This document shows, in pieces, positions 47,378 through 57,581 of a stretch of 64,000 nt of DNA. The first letter of the stretch is position 1. Every line of letters starts with the position of its first letter. The notes beneath the pieces were generated by a model. It saw only the letters and a list, made by a program, of their open reading frames with translations. It was not told the origin of the DNA and searched no databases. The translations under genes and the position numbers were made by a program. This stretch comes from Fibrobacteria bacterium (GTDB lineage Bacteria; Fibrobacterota; Fibrobacteria; UBA11236), in assembly GCA_041746255.1 (NCBI GenBank), contig JBGTHM010000067.1, forward strand, positions 11,254 through 75,253, in the 5' to 3' direction.

Positions 47378-48547
47378 ATGCGCATTTTGGTATTAGCTCC
47401 CCATCCGTTTTTCCAGGACCGCGGCACTCCCATCGATATGCAATTGGTTTTGCGCGGACTTTCGGAACGCGGTGAGCAGGTCGACCTCGTGACCTTCAAT
47501 GAAGGTAGCGACGTGGTTTTGCCGGGCTTAAGCATACACAGAACACCTAATCTTAAATGGCTGCGGGGAATCCGTCCCGGGTTTTCGGGTAAAAAACTGG
47601 TTTGCGATTTTTTCCTCTTCTTTATCGCGCTCCGATTGATTCTGAGGAAAAAGCCGGGGTGCATCCATGCTTGCGAAGAATCCGTTTTTTTCGCCCTATG
47701 TTTCAAATGGATTTTCGGGATTCCCTATATTTACGACCTGGACTCCTCCATCGCCCAGCAAATGGTCGAACAAAAACCCCGGCTTAAACCTTTGGCCCCC
47801 CTTTTCAACTTTATCGAAGGCTTCGCCATTCGCCGGGCACTTATCAATCTCCCCGTATGCAATGCTTTGGGCGACATTTGCGCGAACAACCAATCCCCCT
47901 TCACCATCGTACTCCACGACATTTCCCAATTGGAAAATCCCGACGCCGAAACTTCGGATTATGTGAAAAAAGAACTTGGGATTGAAGGAATTGTTTTTCT
48001 CTATGTCGGCAATCTGGAGCCTTACCAAGGTGTCGACCTATTGTTGGAAGGGTTTGCCAAGGCTTATGCGTCGGTTCCCAAGTCCCATGTGGTGATTGTC
48101 GGGGGTATACCGGCACATATCCAGGCGGCGCGAGAAAAATGCCTTACCCTGGGAATTGCGGAACGTGTTCACTTCCTGGGCCCTCGCCCCTTCTCCGACC
48201 TGGAAAAGGTTTTAGGCGGCGGGGACATCCTGGTTTGCCCCCGGATTCGGGGATTGAATACCCCGATGAAACTTTTCTCTTACTTGCATACGGGAAAGCC
48301 CGTGCTGGCGAGCAAGCTCCCCACCCATACGCAAATATTAAAGGGGGACGAGGCCTATCTCGCCGATCCCACCCCCGAAGAATTCGGTGCGGCGATTATC
48401 GCATTGGCTACCCAACCGGAAGTCCGCTCCCGCATCGGCGCCAAAGGCCGTGAAATGGTGGAGAAGAATCACGTTTATCACGCGTATAAAACCCGGCTTG
48501 ATTCGGCTTACGATTATCTTGCCCGCACCTTAGCCGAGAAGGTCTGA
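47378..48547 (+). CDS. GT4 glycosyltransferase
   Basis: APHPFFQDRGTPI, YVGNLEPYQGVDLL, NTPMKLFSYL. Confidence 0.9.
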   Translation: MRILVLAPHPFFQDRGTPIDMQLVLRGLSERGEQVDLVTFNEGSDVVLPGLSIHRTPNLKWLRGIRPGFSGKKLVCDFFLFFIALRLILRKKPGCIHACEESVFFALCFKWIFGIPYIYDLDSSIAQQMVEQKPRLKPLAPLFNFIEGFAIRRALINLPVCNALGDICANNQSPFTIVLHDISQLENPDAETSDYVKKELGIEGIVFLYVGNLEPYQGVDLLLEGFAKAYASVPKSHVVIVGGIPAHIQAAREKCLTLGIAERVHFLGPRPFSDLEKVLGGGDILVCPRIRGLNTPMKLFSYLHTGKPVLASKLPTHTQILKGDEAYLADPTPEEFGAAIIALATQPEVRSRIGAKGREMVEKNHVYHAYKTRLDSAYDYLARTLAEKV

Positions 48548-48550
48548 AAG

Positions 48551-49534
48551 ATGGAATCCATCGTTTTAATCGGCGGCGCGGGCTATATTGGCTCGCATAC
48601 CGCCAAATACCTTTATGGCCAAGGCTACCAGCCCGTGGTCATCGACAATTTGTCTTTAGGCCATAAAGAAGCCGTGCAATGGGGACCGCTCGAAATCGGC
48701 GATATGACGGATTCCGAATTCCTGCGCCGGGTTTTCCAAACCTATTCCCCTACCGCCGTAATCCACTTTGCCGCTTTCGCCTATGTGGGTGAATCGGTTA
48801 CCGACCCCGCCAAATATTACCGCAACAACGTAGCCGGAACCCTGGTTTTGTTAGACGCCATGCGGGAGGCGGGTATCGATCGGCTCATTTTCTCCTCCAC
48901 CTGCGCAACCTATGGAGTGCCGCAGCGCATCCCCATCGACGAATCAAACCCGCAAAGGCCCATCAACCCCTATGGCAAAACCAAATTGATGGTGGAACAA
49001 ATCCTGGAAGATTACGATTCCGCTTATGGACTCAAATCGGTGGCGCTACGCTATTTCAACGCCGCGGGCGCGGATACTGAAGCCGAAATCGGTGAGGATC
49101 ACGACCCCGAAACCCACTTGATACCCCTGGTGCTGGAAGCCGCGGCCGGAAAGCGCGAACATATTTCTGTTTTTGGAACCGACTATTCCACTCGCGACGG
49201 AACCTGCGTCCGCGACTATATCCACGTCACCGATTTGGCTCAGGCCCACTTTTTGGCTTTGGAATATCTCAAAGAGGGCGGCGCCAGCGATCGTTTCAAT
49301 TTGGGAAACGGTCTCGGGTTTACCGTTAAAGAAGTCATCGAAACCGCCGCCCGCATTACCGGGAAATCCATACAGGTCGATTACGCCCCGAGGCGACCCG
49401 GCGACCCCCCCGAACTGGTAGGCAGCTCAGACAAGGCTCGCAGCGTGCTGGGATGGAACCCGCAATTCCCGTCCCTGGAAGTCATATTGGAATCGGCATG
49501 GCGGTGGTATGTGAAAAAAAATAGTTCCGCTTGA
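48551..49534 (+). CDS. galE: UDP-glucose 4-epimerase
   Basis: GGAGYIGSH, HFAAFAYVGES, FSSTCATYG, NPYGKTK, LRYFNAAGA, DGTCVRDYIHV. Confidence 0.97.
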   Translation: MESIVLIGGAGYIGSHTAKYLYGQGYQPVVIDNLSLGHKEAVQWGPLEIGDMTDSEFLRRVFQTYSPTAVIHFAAFAYVGESVTDPAKYYRNNVAGTLVLLDAMREAGIDRLIFSSTCATYGVPQRIPIDESNPQRPINPYGKTKLMVEQILEDYDSAYGLKSVALRYFNAAGADTEAEIGEDHDPETHLIPLVLEAAAGKREHISVFGTDYSTRDGTCVRDYIHVTDLAQAHFLALEYLKEGGASDRFNLGNGLGFTVKEVIETAARITGKSIQVDYAPRRPGDPPELVGSSDKARSVLGWNPQFPSLEVILESAWRWYVKKNSSA

Positions 49535-49547
49535 AAGACCATTGATT

Positions 49548-50705
49548 TCAAGTTGTTTTCACTTTTGTCAGGTAATAACCCAGAAACAATAAAATCGCGC
49601 AACCCGTAAGGCTGGCCACTTCTTGAAACCAATCGGGCGGCTGTAAGGCAAAGGTGGTGAAGTTGATCAAATAATCGCCGGCAATACCCAGGCAGAAAAT
49701 TTGCAGTGACTTGCTGCCGGAACCTACGATAGGCTTTATCCACAATCGGGGGCGCTCGAATAGCCGACGCGGTAGAAAATAATGGGCGGCGCCGAGCAAG
49801 GCCACGAAATTTAGGGCCACCAAAGGGGAGAAGTAATCTTTGTTGCAAAGCACCTTTATCAAAGGGATGTCGAACCAATACCAACCCCAAGGCTTCAACA
49901 GGAAGTCGTGCCATTTGAACAGGAATATCGCCACGAGAATACCCACGGCTACCCAGGCTTCCCGTTTTCCGATTTTAATCTGGAACTTTCCGCTGCGTAG
50001 GCCATGCGCCACCAACACACCGCCGAAAAAAACCGCTTGCCACGCTAACGGGTGAAAAGGCCACGAACCCTCGAAGAATCCGAATGCTTGCGGAAATAGG
50101 GGGAAACCGGATATTTGCAGAATCTGGGCGGTAAGGTAGCCGAGAGCAACGACTGCCGCCGGTTTTCTCCAATCCCTGTCAACCCATACCATAAATCGCG
50201 GAAGCAACAGTAAAAAAAAGATATACATGGGAAGAATGAAAAAGAACTCCGGTAGATAGCTGAATACCGCGAAGCGCACCATGGCCTGCATGGGGTCCTG
50301 TAGGAGCAATGCGAACTGGTGGCTTCCGGGAGGCATGGCAAACCGATCGAGAAAGGCGGCGAGCGCCAACCCGCAAAACAGAAAAGTCACCCAGTTATAA
50401 ACGTACAGGGTGATGCATCTTCTCACTATTTTTCTTTGCATGGACTTAAGTCCATGCTTCTGATAATCCCGTCCATATACCATACAAGCGACGTAGCCTG
50501 ACAGAAAGAAAAACATCGGCGCCGCGTCCGTGAACCAGAAGAAACCGAGCGTGACATGTTTCATCCAATTGTAATCGATATGGTCGATGAAAATAATCAA
50601 CAGCGCCAAACCCCGGAAAAAATCGATCCGGAAGTCGCGTCGGCTGAGAAGTTCCGGTATGGAATTGGGCGCCGTTTTTGGGTACATATTTAAAGGGGTT
50701 CCCAC
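49548..50705 (-). CDS. OpgC-domain membrane acyltransferase
   Basis: RDFRIDFFRGLAL..IFIDH, DAAPMFFFLSG, ILPMY, FHPLAWQ, GSKSLQIFC. Confidence 0.85.
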   Translation of the reverse strand: MGTPLNMYPKTAPNSIPELLSRRDFRIDFFRGLALLIIFIDHIDYNWMKHVTLGFFWFTDAAPMFFFLSGYVACMVYGRDYQKHGLKSMQRKIVRRCITLYVYNWVTFLFCGLALAAFLDRFAMPPGSHQFALLLQDPMQAMVRFAVFSYLPEFFFILPMYIFFLLLLPRFMVWVDRDWRKPAAVVALGYLTAQILQISGFPLFPQAFGFFEGSWPFHPLAWQAVFFGGVLVAHGLRSGKFQIKIGKREAWVAVGILVAIFLFKWHDFLLKPWGWYWFDIPLIKVLCNKDYFSPLVALNFVALLGAAHYFLPRRLFERPRLWIKPIVGSGSKSLQIFCLGIAGDYLINFTTFALQPPDWFQEVASLTGCAILLFLGYYLTKVKTT

Positions 50706-50903
50706 CCTAACTAGACGAGGTTAAAGACCTGGGTCGAATTATACATTACCGGCGGAATTTCTTGCGCCGCCTTTTCCCAAACCCTTATTTATTTAAGTCC
50801 GGGTTCACCAGTTACAACCCGGCCATGTGAATCCGCATAACCTGCATAGGCCGCCTTGCGCATCTTCAGGATTGGGATATGCGGGCCGGCCGGAGGTTCT
50901 TTT

Positions 50904-52073
50904 ATGCCCCAAGACAATTGCGCGCTTTGCGGCTCCGGCGACCTTTTCACCTTTTTCCGGGTGGAAAACCTACCGGTACATTGCGCCATACTCTGGCGCA
51001 CGCCCGCAGCGGCCCTGGGCTGCCCCAAGGGCAACCTCGCCCTCTATCTTTGCCGCCAATGCGGCCTTATCGGCAACGGTGATTTCCGGCCCGAGCTTTT
51101 GGAATACTCCGAAGAGTATGACAATTCCCTGCATCATTCGCCTTTATACCAGGACTATGCACGCCAGGAAGGCCAAAGACTTATCGATAAATACCGCCTG
51201 CGGGGGAAAACCCTGGTGGAAGTCGGTTGCGGCAAGGGCGACTTTCTCGCGCTGCTTTGTGAATTGGGAGGCGGTACCGGTATCGGTTTCGACCCCAGTT
51301 ATGCCGGGAAGTTCAGTGACCGGGAAAAAACCGGGGAACTCACCTTCATTCGAGATTTTTTTTCACCCCGATATCGGGAGCCGCAAGGCGATTTCGTCTA
51401 TTCGCGGCATGTGCTGGAGCATATTCCGCAACCCGTCCCTTTCCTGGCCCGCTTGCGGGGCGCCATCCGTGAAGGCGGCAGCCTCTACATCGAGGTTCCC
51501 AATTCCGCGCCTATGCTCGAGAACCGCGCCGTTTGGGAAATGCTTTACGAGCATTGCTCGTATTTCACCGAGCTTTCCCTTTCCAATTGCCTGAGGGCGG
51601 CGGGATTCGCACCGCAAAGAATGGAAACCACTTTTGGTGGCATCAACCTGACGGCTGAAGCCCTTCCGGTTGAACGCCCGTTGGAATTGTATCCAGAAGA
51701 CCCCCGACTGCAATCCCTGGAAAATTCGGCTCGCGAACTGGAAGCCGTTTTCGCGGACAAGGCCGACGGACTCAAAATGAAACTGGATCGTTTCACGCGT
51801 GAGGGGAAAAAAGTGGCTGCCTGGGGGGGCGGAGCCCGGGCCACCACCCTTATCAATGTGCTGGGATTACGCCAAGAGCTTTATTGCGTAGTCGATCTCA
51901 ATCCACAGAAACAACGGCGTTTCCTGGGAGGCGGAGGACAGCCCATCGTGGCGCCTGCGTTTCTCAGGGAGTCGCCTCCCGATGCCGTTCTTATCGTGAA
52001 TTCCGTTTATGGCGAGGAGATTGTCGGCTTATTGAACGAAATGGATTTGCATCCGGAGGTGATATACAGCTGA
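50904..52073 (+). CDS. NDP-sugar C-methyltransferase-like protein (Zn-binding, SAM and C-terminal domains)
   Basis: CALC...CRQCG, VEVGCGKG, RHVLEH, YIEVP, YEHCSYF, WGGGARA, VDLNPQKQ; GGAGG SD. Confidence 0.88.
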   Translation: MPQDNCALCGSGDLFTFFRVENLPVHCAILWRTPAAALGCPKGNLALYLCRQCGLIGNGDFRPELLEYSEEYDNSLHHSPLYQDYARQEGQRLIDKYRLRGKTLVEVGCGKGDFLALLCELGGGTGIGFDPSYAGKFSDREKTGELTFIRDFFSPRYREPQGDFVYSRHVLEHIPQPVPFLARLRGAIREGGSLYIEVPNSAPMLENRAVWEMLYEHCSYFTELSLSNCLRAAGFAPQRMETTFGGINLTAEALPVERPLELYPEDPRLQSLENSARELEAVFADKADGLKMKLDRFTREGKKVAAWGGGARATTLINVLGLRQELYCVVDLNPQKQRRFLGGGGQPIVAPAFLRESPPDAVLIVNSVYGEEIVGLLNEMDLHPEVIYS

Positions 52074-52122
52074 AGTGCCGCTTTTTGGCGTATAAACGAT
52101 TTCATTTTTACGGGGGTTGGTT

Positions 52123-52956
52123 ATGAAAGTTGTCATTTTCTGCGGCGGAAGGGGCATGCGCATTCGCGATTATTCCGAATCCGTTCCCAAACCCATGGTT
52201 CCCATCGGCTACCGTCCCATTCTCTGGCATGTGATGAAATACTACGCGCATTTCGGGCATAACGAATTCATTCTTTGCCTGGGATATAAGGCGGATTCCA
52301 TCAAGAATTATTTCCTTTCCTATAACGAATGCCTCTCCAACGACTTCGTATTGCAAAACGGAGGCCGCGACTTACAGCTGCTCAACACCGACATCCAGGA
52401 TTGGAAAATCACCTTCGTGGATACCGGATTGAATGCCAACATCGGGCAGCGACTGAAAGCGGTGGAGCCGTATGTCAAAGACGATGAGATGTTTTTCGCC
52501 AACTATGCGGACGGACTGACCAATTGTCCCCTGCCTACCTTGGTGGATCATTTCCGTGAACATGATGCGGTGGCCTCCTTCATGGCCGTCAAGCCCACCC
52601 AAAGCTTTCACGTGGTTTCGATGGGTGAGGGATCGTCGGTCGCCGATATCTACCATATCGGCCTCAGCAGCTTCCGTATCAATGGAGGCTATTTCGTTTT
52701 GAGTCCCAAGATATTCGACTATATGCGAGCGGGCGAAGAATTGGTGGTTGAACCTTTCCGTCGGCTTATCGAAGAAAAACGACTTTTTTCGCATTCCTAC
52801 GACGGCTTCTGGGCCTGCATGGACACCTTCAAGGACAAGCAGGAATTGGAGGAATTGTATAGCGGAGGCAAAGCCCCCTGGTCGATTTGGAAGGAACCGG
52901 GCACCATCCAGCTCAATTTGAACGGCAAAATCCTGGAAAAAGATTTGGCGATATGA
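52123..52956 (+). CDS. rfbF: Glucose-1-phosphate cytidylyltransferase-like protein
   Basis: KVVIFCGGRG, PKPMVPIG, ILCLGYK, VDTG, NYADG, INGGYF, GFWACMDTFKD. Confidence 0.88.
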   Translation: MKVVIFCGGRGMRIRDYSESVPKPMVPIGYRPILWHVMKYYAHFGHNEFILCLGYKADSIKNYFLSYNECLSNDFVLQNGGRDLQLLNTDIQDWKITFVDTGLNANIGQRLKAVEPYVKDDEMFFANYADGLTNCPLPTLVDHFREHDAVASFMAVKPTQSFHVVSMGEGSSVADIYHIGLSSFRINGGYFVLSPKIFDYMRAGEELVVEPFRRLIEEKRLFSHSYDGFWACMDTFKDKQELEELYSGGKAPWSIWKEPGTIQLNLNGKILEKDLAI

Positions 52957-55900
52957 AATGGATCGGGTCTATCCCTATCTTTTTTTTCCTGGCGCTTTGG
53001 GTGCAAAGCTGCTTGGTTTCCGACCCGGGAACTCCGTCAACCAATCCCTTGGTCTCTTTTTCCCTGGAAAAAATCGGGCAGGGCGAAGTCCATCTCACTC
53101 CCGATGGCCTAAAGGAATACCGCAAAGGAGACGAACTTAAGCTCGAAGCCTTTGCGGCGGACGGCTGGTATCTTTCGGCCTGGGAGGGCGATGCGCAAGG
53201 CGCCAACACCGTGATCCAGGTTAAGCTCGACTCGGACAAAAAAGTGGTCGCGCATTTCAAATTAATTCCCGATACCTTGCCTCCCGTTCTCAAGTTGGAT
53301 TCGGTGGAAGCCGATACAAATGCATTGACCGTAAATTTTTCCTCCGACGAACCCGTTATCGGTACCCTACGCTATGGCCTTTCTTCGGATAAAACGGATG
53401 GGGAAATATCCTTTACGGAATTTTCCGAGGTGCACAAAATTCGCATCCCGAATTTAACACCTTCCACGTTCTACCCTATTCGCATCGTAGCCCGCGACAG
53501 TTCCGAAAATGAAACGATATGGGTATTACCCGTCCAAAAAACCCGGGACTTACCGGTCCCGCCCGAACCAATACCTGAGCCAACGCCTGAACCACCCAAC
53601 CCGCAACCGGAACCGCCGCCCAATCCAACTCCAAAACCGACTCCGGAACCACCCCCTCCTTCTATCGTATCCCTGACAATCGAAAAGGAAGGGCAGGGAG
53701 AAGTGACCGTCACCCCGGAAAAGGCGGAGTACCTCCAGGGAGATACCCTCACCCTGAATGCCATACCGGCATCGGGTTGGAGATTCGTTAGCTGGAAAGG
53801 CGATGCGGAAGGTAATACTCCGGTACTATCCCTTCCACTCGATAAAAACAAAAAAGTGGTCGCCCATTTTGAAATCATTCCCGACACCACCGCTCCCAAG
53901 TTGGATTCCCTTTCCATAACATCCGACACTAACTCGCTTACGGTGAGATTCAGGGCGAACAAATCCGTTTACGGCCTGCTAAGGTATGGAAGCGAGATCC
54001 AGCAAACTGATCAGGAAATCCCCTTTTCCAAACTTTCCCGGGAACATACCATTCACATCCCGAATTTATCGCCATCCACCACCTATTCCATCAACCTTTC
54101 GATGAGCGACAGCTTGGGAAACGATACCGTAGTGGTGCTTGCCGCCACCCGGACGCTAGCACCTCCACCGCCGCCCCTCGTCAAGGTCACGACTCAAATC
54201 GAGGGGCATGGAAATATCGATATCTCTCCCGATAAGGCGGAGTATCGCAAAGGAGAGGTGATTAAATTCCAGGCTTATCCCGCCGAGGGTTGGAGGTTCG
54301 CGGGATGGAAAGGCGGTGCGCAGGGCCAAAACGCGGTAGTAGAAGTCAAGCTCGACAAAGACCTCGAAATCATCGCGCACTTTGAAATCATTCCCGACAC
54401 CATCCCACCCGTTGTGACTCTGCAAGAAGTCGAAGCCGACACCGCGTCTCTTACGGTCCGTTTCCAGTCGGACAAGCCCATTACGGGCAAGCTGCGTTAT
54501 GCCCTTACCGCCGACGGCGCCGGGACGGAAATTCCCTTCTCGAAATTGTCCCAGGAACACATTGTCTTTATTCAGAACTTGCAGCCCTCCACCACCTACC
54601 ATATCCGCCTAACCGCGCAGGATACCTCGGGCAATACCACCGTTGTGAACCTTCCCCCTAAGAAAACGCTCGATCCGCCACCCGAACCGATTGTTTCCGT
54701 AACCACCGCCGTCGAAGGCCAGGGAAACATCATTGTCACTCCTGCCAAGGCGGAGTACCGCCGGGGAGATGAAATCGAGTTCCAGGCGAAAGCTTCCGAG
54801 GGATGGAAATTCGTGCATTGGAAGGGCGATGTGCAAGGCAACCTTTCGCAAATACTGGTCACGCTCGATAAGGACAAGCAAGTTATCGCGGTATTTGCAA
54901 TCCTTCCCGATTCTACGCCTCCGGTGTTGGAATTGCTTTCCGTGGTAGCCGGTACCCATACGCTGAATGTGGGCTTTAAAGCCGATAAACCCGTGAACGG
55001 TACCCTCAATTATGGCCTTACGGCCGGCAATACGAATCAGGAAATCCCTTTCTCCACCTTGGCCAAGGAGCATACGGTTTTTATCAAGGACTTGCAGCCC
55101 AACACCACCTATCACCTCAAGATCACCGCCCGCGATTCACTCAACAATGAAACGGTGCTTATCCTCCCGACCACCAAAACCCTCGCTCCGCAATCCGAAG
55201 CGCCTTTTTCCCTCTGGCACGGCAACGGATCCACCTTTCGGAAAACCGGCGCGCCCCAGCGTTTCATCAACTTACTGGGCCGCGTGCCTACTTCGGGTTT
55301 GACGGGCCTCACCTATGCCTTAAACGGCGGCTCCCCAAAAAATTTGACCGTAGGCGCCAACTTGACGCGACTGGCCCGGCCCGGTGATTTCAATGTGGAG
55401 TTGAACCGGCCGGATTTAAGCCTCGGATCCAACACCATCGCCCTCAAGGCGACCTATTCCGGAGGCTTGACTCGCGATACCCTCATCCACTTCAACTATG
55501 TGGAGGGGGCGAAGCTCAACCTGCCGCGCACGGTTTCGTGGAGCGGAGTCGGAGACATCAATTCACTAGGCCAAGTGGTGGACGGACAGTGGCGCGTACA
55601 GGGAGGTGTGGTACGTACAATGGGCATGGGGTATGACCGGCTCATCGCCATCGGCGACGATACCTGGACCAATTACCAGGTTACGGTTCCCATCACCATC
55701 CATGCCGTCGAAGCGGAGGGCTTCCGTGCCCCCAGCAACGGACCCGCATTGGGTGTCGTCATGCGCTGGACAGGACATTATCTGGACGGGAACCAGCCTT
55801 CGTTGAAATGGTTTCCCCTGGGAAGCATCGGTATGTTGCGTTGGCGGGTTCCCGGCGTGCTGGACCGCGCGCTGCCTACCCTATATGGTTCGCAAGGCGG

Positions 55901-56168
55901 ATCCATCGCCACCGCCGGCTCCCAAATACCCGTGGATTTCGGAACGACGTATGTATTCAAGGTGCGGGTCAGCACCGGCTCCCAAGGACCGGTTTATTCC
56001 ATGAAAATCTGGAAACAATCCGAAAGCGAACCCGCCGCCTGGATGTTGACGGGAGCGGGAGAATCTACCGACACTGGGCGCGGCTCACTCGTGCTCCTGG
56101 CCCACCATGTCGACGCCAGTTTCGGCACGGTACAAATCGAATCCGTCGGAGCATCCTCCGGGCAATAG
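52953..56168 (+). CDS. Surface lipoprotein with 4x [InlB-B-repeat-like + FN3-like] units, a Pro-rich linker and C-terminal beta domains
   Basis: Lipobox LWVQS-C; four ~170-aa units (GQGxV...EY.KG...GW.F..WKG...PDT.PP...RYG...NL.PSTTY...D..GN.T); C-terminal GAPQRFINLLG...RLARPGDFNVEL. Confidence 0.85.
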   Translation: MKWIGSIPIFFFLALWVQSCLVSDPGTPSTNPLVSFSLEKIGQGEVHLTPDGLKEYRKGDELKLEAFAADGWYLSAWEGDAQGANTVIQVKLDSDKKVVAHFKLIPDTLPPVLKLDSVEADTNALTVNFSSDEPVIGTLRYGLSSDKTDGEISFTEFSEVHKIRIPNLTPSTFYPIRIVARDSSENETIWVLPVQKTRDLPVPPEPIPEPTPEPPNPQPEPPPNPTPKPTPEPPPPSIVSLTIEKEGQGEVTVTPEKAEYLQGDTLTLNAIPASGWRFVSWKGDAEGNTPVLSLPLDKNKKVVAHFEIIPDTTAPKLDSLSITSDTNSLTVRFRANKSVYGLLRYGSEIQQTDQEIPFSKLSREHTIHIPNLSPSTTYSINLSMSDSLGNDTVVVLAATRTLAPPPPPLVKVTTQIEGHGNIDISPDKAEYRKGEVIKFQAYPAEGWRFAGWKGGAQGQNAVVEVKLDKDLEIIAHFEIIPDTIPPVVTLQEVEADTASLTVRFQSDKPITGKLRYALTADGAGTEIPFSKLSQEHIVFIQNLQPSTTYHIRLTAQDTSGNTTVVNLPPKKTLDPPPEPIVSVTTAVEGQGNIIVTPAKAEYRRGDEIEFQAKASEGWKFVHWKGDVQGNLSQILVTLDKDKQVIAVFAILPDSTPPVLELLSVVAGTHTLNVGFKADKPVNGTLNYGLTAGNTNQEIPFSTLAKEHTVFIKDLQPNTTYHLKITARDSLNNETVLILPTTKTLAPQSEAPFSLWHGNGSTFRKTGAPQRFINLLGRVPTSGLTGLTYALNGGSPKNLTVGANLTRLARPGDFNVELNRPDLSLGSNTIALKATYSGGLTRDTLIHFNYVEGAKLNLPRTVSWSGVGDINSLGQVVDGQWRVQGGVVRTMGMGYDRLIAIGDDTWTNYQVTVPITIHAVEAEGFRAPSNGPALGVVMRWTGHYLDGNQPSLKWFPLGSIGMLRWRVPGVLDRALPTLYGSQGGSIATAGSQIPVDFGTTYVFKVRVSTGSQGPVYSMKIWKQSESEPAAWMLTGAGESTDTGRGSLVLLAHHVDASFGTVQIESVGASSGQ
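53557..53660 (+). repeat. Low-complexity Pro/Glu/Thr linker
   Basis: Encodes PPEPIPEPTPEPPNPQPEPPPNPTPKPTPEPPPP. Confidence 0.8.
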
Positions 56169-56204
56169 CTGGAATCGGTCGCAAAAGTCCTTCCGGCGTC
56201 GCTG

Positions 56205-57581
56205 CTAAGCTCCTTCGCGGGTCGGGAATAAGCCCCGAAAAGCGGCGTATCCCCGTCCCGCCAAAAAGATTCCGGCGGAACAACCCAGCAAGGCTCCGAT
56301 GACATCCGTAACGTCGGGGTAACGCCCGGCCACGTAGCCTTGCGCGGACTCCAGTCCCAGCGACAGCACCAGGGTGAAAAGCAACCCTCCGCCAACGCTA
56401 AGGAAAAACCAACGGGACTGCGACCGACTCGCCAACATCACCAGAAAGCCGCAGGGAAAATACCGGATCAGGCTTTGCAAAAAATTTCCCGCCGTATCGA
56501 AACCGGTTCTTTCATAATGGGCCCAAAAAGGCAGCCAATTCAGGCTGGCGGGAACCTCAGCCCATCTGAAAGGGTAGAGCGCCTCCACCGTCACCGCAGC
56601 CGTAAAAATAACTGCGAATCCCAAGGCCGCTCCCTTCCGGTCCGCAAAGGTTAATCCCTCCGGAACCGCTTTCACGAGTAGGACTCCCAACAAAGCACCC
56701 AGCAGGATATAGAGCACGTCTTCGCCGGACGGGCTGCGTGAGGCGATGATGAATTGCAGGGCTTCCAGGCCCGTACCGAAAATCCCCGTCGACAGAAATG
56801 CCGTGCGCAGGGGGTATGCGCCGCAAATTTTGACGAGAGTCGGCGGGAAATCGCCTGGCCCCCCCTGCCGACCGATAATGCCACATACCCGGGCCGCGAA
56901 AAAAGCGACCAGGGTAAAGCGTAGCGCCGCCACGAACTCATCCGACGGGAGGGAAAAGCCCCAAGGATGCGCGAGAAAATATTTGACGCCGCTGAACCCG
57001 CTGCCGATATCGAGACTGAAATCAAACGGTTCGCACATTCCCAAAACCGCCACCAGGGTAAAGCACAGGAGCGCATAAAAATCGAACTGCGGCCTAAAAA
57101 CCGGCGTGCGTGGGTGACGGAGATAAGCGCGAACCGCCCTTATCGCGGCGAAGGCCGCCAGCGCCCCCAGCAGCCCACCAATCGTATTGGTGGATAAATC
57201 GGTGGCCGAGGTGACGCGCTTCGGCGTGAGCAATTGTAAAATTTCGATGTTCAAACTGAAAAGAAAGGCCGCTACCGTTGTGATCGCAATGCGCGCCGTT
57301 GCGTTCAAACGGCTTCCCAGCGCGATAAAAGCCAGAAACCCGAAGGGAATGAAAAGGAGTATGTTTTGCACCATGTCCGGAATCGAGGCCAATCCGCCGC
57401 CGGGGTCCACGAAGGGCACTCGATGAGCGCGGCTTAACCGCCGAAGTGCGACCCATCTGCTGAGATGAAAATCGAAGGGTATGGTGGTGCCGTAAAAGAT
57501 GAACGCCGAATAGGCCGCCAGGGCCCAAGCGGAGAAGCGACGACCGCCCGGAAGGAGCGGTCCCCTAGAGGTTTCTTTCAA
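56205..57581 (-). CDS. Membrane protein with three VanZ-like repeats
   Basis: QNILLFIPFGF, EILQ...R..S..D, EALQ...SR.PS..D, ESAQ...GRYPDVTD. Confidence 0.8.
   Translation of the reverse strand: MKETSRGPLLPGGRRFSAWALAAYSAFIFYGTTIPFDFHLSRWVALRRLSRAHRVPFVDPGGGLASIPDMVQNILLFIPFGFLAFIALGSRLNATARIAITTVAAFLFSLNIEILQLLTPKRVTSATDLSTNTIGGLLGALAAFAAIRAVRAYLRHPRTPVFRPQFDFYALLCFTLVAVLGMCEPFDFSLDIGSGFSGVKYFLAHPWGFSLPSDEFVAALRFTLVAFFAARVCGIIGRQGGPGDFPPTLVKICGAYPLRTAFLSTGIFGTGLEALQFIIASRSPSGEDVLYILLGALLGVLLVKAVPEGLTFADRKGAALGFAVIFTAAVTVEALYPFRWAEVPASLNWLPFWAHYERTGFDTAGNFLQSLIRYFPCGFLVMLASRSQSRWFFLSVGGGLLFTLVLSLGLESAQGYVAGRYPDVTDVIGALLGCSAGIFLAGRGYAAFRGLFPTREGA

Noticed and set aside
50827..51594. 255-aa overlapping alternative-frame ORF
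   Set aside because: Shadow of the C-methyltransferase in GC-rich DNA
53490..55160. N-x-T sequon at the same position in all four lipoprotein units
   Set aside because: Coincides with the structural D..GN motif of FN3-like domains, so it is not evidence of glycosylation
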